DNA of 64,000 bases from Planctomycetota bacterium (GTDB lineage Bacteria > Planctomycetota > UBA11346), in assembly GCA_038231435.1 (NCBI GenBank), contig JBBRLJ010000003.1, positions 133,407 through 197,406 of the forward strand. The letters run 5' to 3'. The position numbers and the translations under genes are program-made. Position 1 is the stretch's first letter. Every line of letters begins with the position of its first letter. Positions 61,667 through 64,000 of the stretch are shown here, one piece after another. Under the pieces are notes generated by a model. The model had not been told where the DNA came from. It saw only the letters and a list, made by a program, of their open reading frames with translations, and did not search any database.

Positions 61667-61934
61667 TTGGGGGGCTACGGCCCCCCAACATCGCCCTCCG
61701 GGCTGCCCCCCAGGAAGCGGGGAGCAGGGAGGGCTGGACGGCGGACTGCTTTTTGTTGGGGGGCTACGGCCCCCCAACATCGGCCTCCGGCCTGCCCCCC
61801 TAGGAAGCCGACTGTTGGGTCGGGTAGACGGCGGACTGCGCCGTACTTCGAAGCCCTTCAATCTGTGCCCGTACATTTCCTGCTGCTTGGGGGGCAGCGC
61901 GGAGCGCGATGTTGGGGGGCCGTAGCCCCCCAAC
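61667..61934. repeat. REP-like palindromic repeat cluster (ttggggggctacggccccccaa): two direct copies and one inverted copy
   Basis: Copies at about 61667-61718, 61756-61808 and inverted 61885-61934. Confidence 0.9.
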
Positions 61935-61957
61935 AAACAGCCGGTAGGATCCGGGCG

Positions 61958-62827
61958 ATGCCCGCGCTCACGCTTGCCGATCTGGACCAGCGGCCCGAGC
62001 TGAGGCCGGTGACGGCGTCGTTGTTCGCGGCGTGCCCACCGGGACACAACCACCAGGTGTGCGGATTCCCCGAGCTGATGGGGCTCGATCCGCGGGTGGC
62101 GGATTTCGAGGCGTGTCTAGGAGTGCTGATCGCACTACACGGCATCCGTCTGGTCGGCGCGCTCGCCCTGTGCCCGTACAGTCCGCAGCAGGTGACGTTG
62201 TGGGGGCCGGTGGTGCCAGAGATGGCGAACGTCAAGGCGGTGTCCGCGCGCCTGGTCAAGGAGGCACGCGTGGCGCTCAAGAACGCGGGCTACGAGAGCA
62301 TGCGCTACCTCGTCGACTCCCGCAATCGCGCCGCGCGCTCCACCATGCAGGGCCATGGCTTCTCGGCCTGGAAGGATAACCATCTCTACGAGCACCCCCT
62401 CGCGAACCTCGCGGGTGGCGAGAGCGCATCGGTGCGCCGCGCGACCAAAGCCGATCACGTCGGGGTCGCGCGCGTACTCAATCAGGGCTTCCCCGAAAGC
62501 GACCATTGCAAGAGCGGCCTGCCCAAGCGCGAAAAGGACGGCTTCCGCCACTATGTCCTCGAGCACGCCGGCCGCATCGTCGCCGCCGCCGCGATCGACG
62601 GCCTGCCGCGCCGCAGCTGGCTGAAGCTGATCGCCGTCGAGTCCGAGAGCCGCGGCAAGAAATTCAGCACCAGACTGCTGCGCGGCATCCTCGCCGCCGA
62701 AGCGAAGTTGCAGGCCCCCGCGATCGCCCTCGAAGTGCTCGCCGACAACGCTCCTGCCTGCGCCCTCTACGAACACGCCGGCTTCGACCGCCGCTTCACC
62801 ATGACTATTTTTACAGCTGCGCTGTAG
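61958..62827 (+). CDS. tandem-domain GNAT N-acetyltransferase
   Basis: 'IAVESESRGKKFSTRLL', 'LEVLADNAPACALYEHAGF'. TAGGAT lies 7 nt before ATG 61958. Confidence 0.88.
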   Translation: MPALTLADLDQRPELRPVTASLFAACPPGHNHQVCGFPELMGLDPRVADFEACLGVLIALHGIRLVGALALCPYSPQQVTLWGPVVPEMANVKAVSARLVKEARVALKNAGYESMRYLVDSRNRAARSTMQGHGFSAWKDNHLYEHPLANLAGGESASVRRATKADHVGVARVLNQGFPESDHCKSGLPKREKDGFRHYVLEHAGRIVAAAAIDGLPRRSWLKLIAVESESRGKKFSTRLLRGILAAEAKLQAPAIALEVLADNAPACALYEHAGFDRRFTMTIFTAAL

Positions 62828-64000
62828 TCAGGGGCTCCGCCCCTACGGCCCTTCGGGCCTACCCCACGGGCTTTGTCGGGACTCGAATTCGCCGGAAGCC
62901 GGCGAATTCGTGGGAGGATGGGCTGCGCCCATTATATCCGCCCACCGTCCCTCGGCGCCCGCCCCATTGCAGGGCGATGGGGCCCCCGGGTATGTCGGTT
63001 TTCGTGATGTAGGTGGTCGGATTTGGCAGCGCGGCAAAAGGGCATCGCGCGCTGGACGGTGCCGAATCATCGATGGCCTAGAACGGGTCGAAGGGCGAAG
63101 CCCCAGATCAGTAAACCGGGGGCCCCGTCGCCCCGCGATGGGGCGGGCGCCGAGTGGCGGTCGGCGGATACAATCGGCGCAGCCGATCCGCCGACGATGT
63201 CGCAGCGCAGCGGAGACATCGAGCCACGACAAAGCCCGTGGGGTAGGCCGCAGGCCGTAGGGGCGGAACCCCTGAAGAAAAAAATACGCACAGCCAGAGT
63301 GTCCGGGACGCCGGTAACCGCCTTATGGCTGCTCCCGTCAAGGCCTGACCAGATTCGGTGGCACTCGACTCCCAGATTCCGGCTGTGCGCCGGCAGTATG
63401 TGCACCTCGCCGAGACGGCAAGAGCATGACGCACCGCTCCGATCACGCCCCAAGCCGGGGCGACCCATGAACCCGAGGCCCCCCTCGCCCCGCTGACGCG
63501 GCGGGCGCCGAGGGACGCTCGGCGCAGCCGATCCGCCCACGATGTCGCCAACCCCCGACGAAATCGAACCCCGACAAAGCCCATGGAGTAGGCCCGCAAG
63601 GGCCGAGGGGCGAAGCCCCTGAAAAATCGCATACCCCGGGGGCCCCATCGCCCCGCGATGGGGCGGGCGCCGAGGGGCGGTCGGCGGATACAATCGGCGT
63701 AGCCGATCCGCCGACGAATTCGCCGGCTCCAGCGAATTCGAGCCACGACAAAGCCCGTGGGGTAGGCCGCAGGCCGTAGGGGCGAAGCCCCTGAAACAGA
63801 AAGCGGGCGCCGAGTGGCGGTCGGCGGATATAATCGGCGTAGCCGATCCGCCGACGATGTCGCAGCGAAGCGAGACATCGAACCCCGACAAAGCCCGTGG
63901 GGTAGGCCCGAAGGGGCGGAGCCCCGGAAAAGCGAATACCCCGGGGACCCCATCCCCACGCCAGCGCGCCCGCGCCGAGTGGCGTTCGGCGGATAGACTC
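62828..64000. repeat. array of about 160-nt multi-hairpin repeat units (at least 6 copies, first inverted)
   Basis: Units at about 62828-62990 (-), 63116-63275, 63472-63622, 63634-63794, 63803-63927 (5'-truncated) and 63939 to the window end. Shared core cgacaaagccc(g/a)tgg(g/a)gtaggcc and ggggcg(a/g)agcccc. Confidence 0.92.
63287..63389 (-). ncRNA. ffs: signal recognition particle RNA (4.5S, small bacterial type)
   Basis: The minus strand reads ...GGTCAGG-CCT-TGAC-GGG-AGCAGCC..., the SRP helix-8 signature. Closing stem cgcacagcc/ggctgtgcg, upstream CATACT -10, downstream T-run. Confidence 0.9.

Noticed and set aside
61667..61957. 97-aa N-terminal extension of the GNAT ORF
   Set aside because: It is translated REP-like repeat sequence. 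The real start is probably ATG 61958.
62843..63996. ORFs across the repeat array (e.g. 63067..63891, 63108..63959)
   Set aside because: They are translations of GC-rich palindromic repeats and overlap the SRP RNA gene; no coding signature.
62828..64000. CRISPR array interpretation of the terminal repeats
   Set aside because: Units are 120-160 nt, divergent and partly inverted, with no regular unique spacers and no cas genes in the window.

Overview
A very GC-rich bacterial chromosomal window. The gene content suggests a Planctomycetota/PVC-type organism (inference from the ECF sigma beside DWG-type Ser/Thr kinases and a squalene-cyclase-repeat protein). Left to right: an ECF sigma factor divergent from two tandem paralogous receptor Ser/Thr kinases; a secreted esterase-Ig-PA14 protein with a C-terminal sorting-like tail; a GH2 beta-mannosidase; an AraC regulator divergent from a hypothetical/PhyH dioxygenase pair; a 3-TM protein coupled to a HAD 5'-nucleotidase; several small orphan membrane genes; a partial type VI secretion cluster (tssB-C-E-F-G only) divergent from an NHL-repeat Ser/Thr kinase; a response regulator; an Rmf/CrpP-like small protein; an FAD oxidoreductase; a GH1 beta-glucosidase; a six-gene TolC-MFP-RND-ABC-permease-AttH/CrtC operon; a Dbr1-like metallophosphoesterase; a CzcCBA-like pump; a prenyltransferase-repeat protein; clsB-ybhP; a 2-hydroxyacid dehydrogenase; a glycogen cluster (glgC, hypothetical, DUF4912, GH57); and a GNAT flanked by palindromic repeats. 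At the right end, the SRP (4.5S) RNA gene, with a non-GNRA (UGAC) loop, sits inside an array of about 160-nt structured repeats showing compensatory base changes. Many genes have a -10 hexamer 5-7 nt before the start codon, suggesting leaderless mRNAs. All family calls are from motif recognition by eye; no database searches were run.
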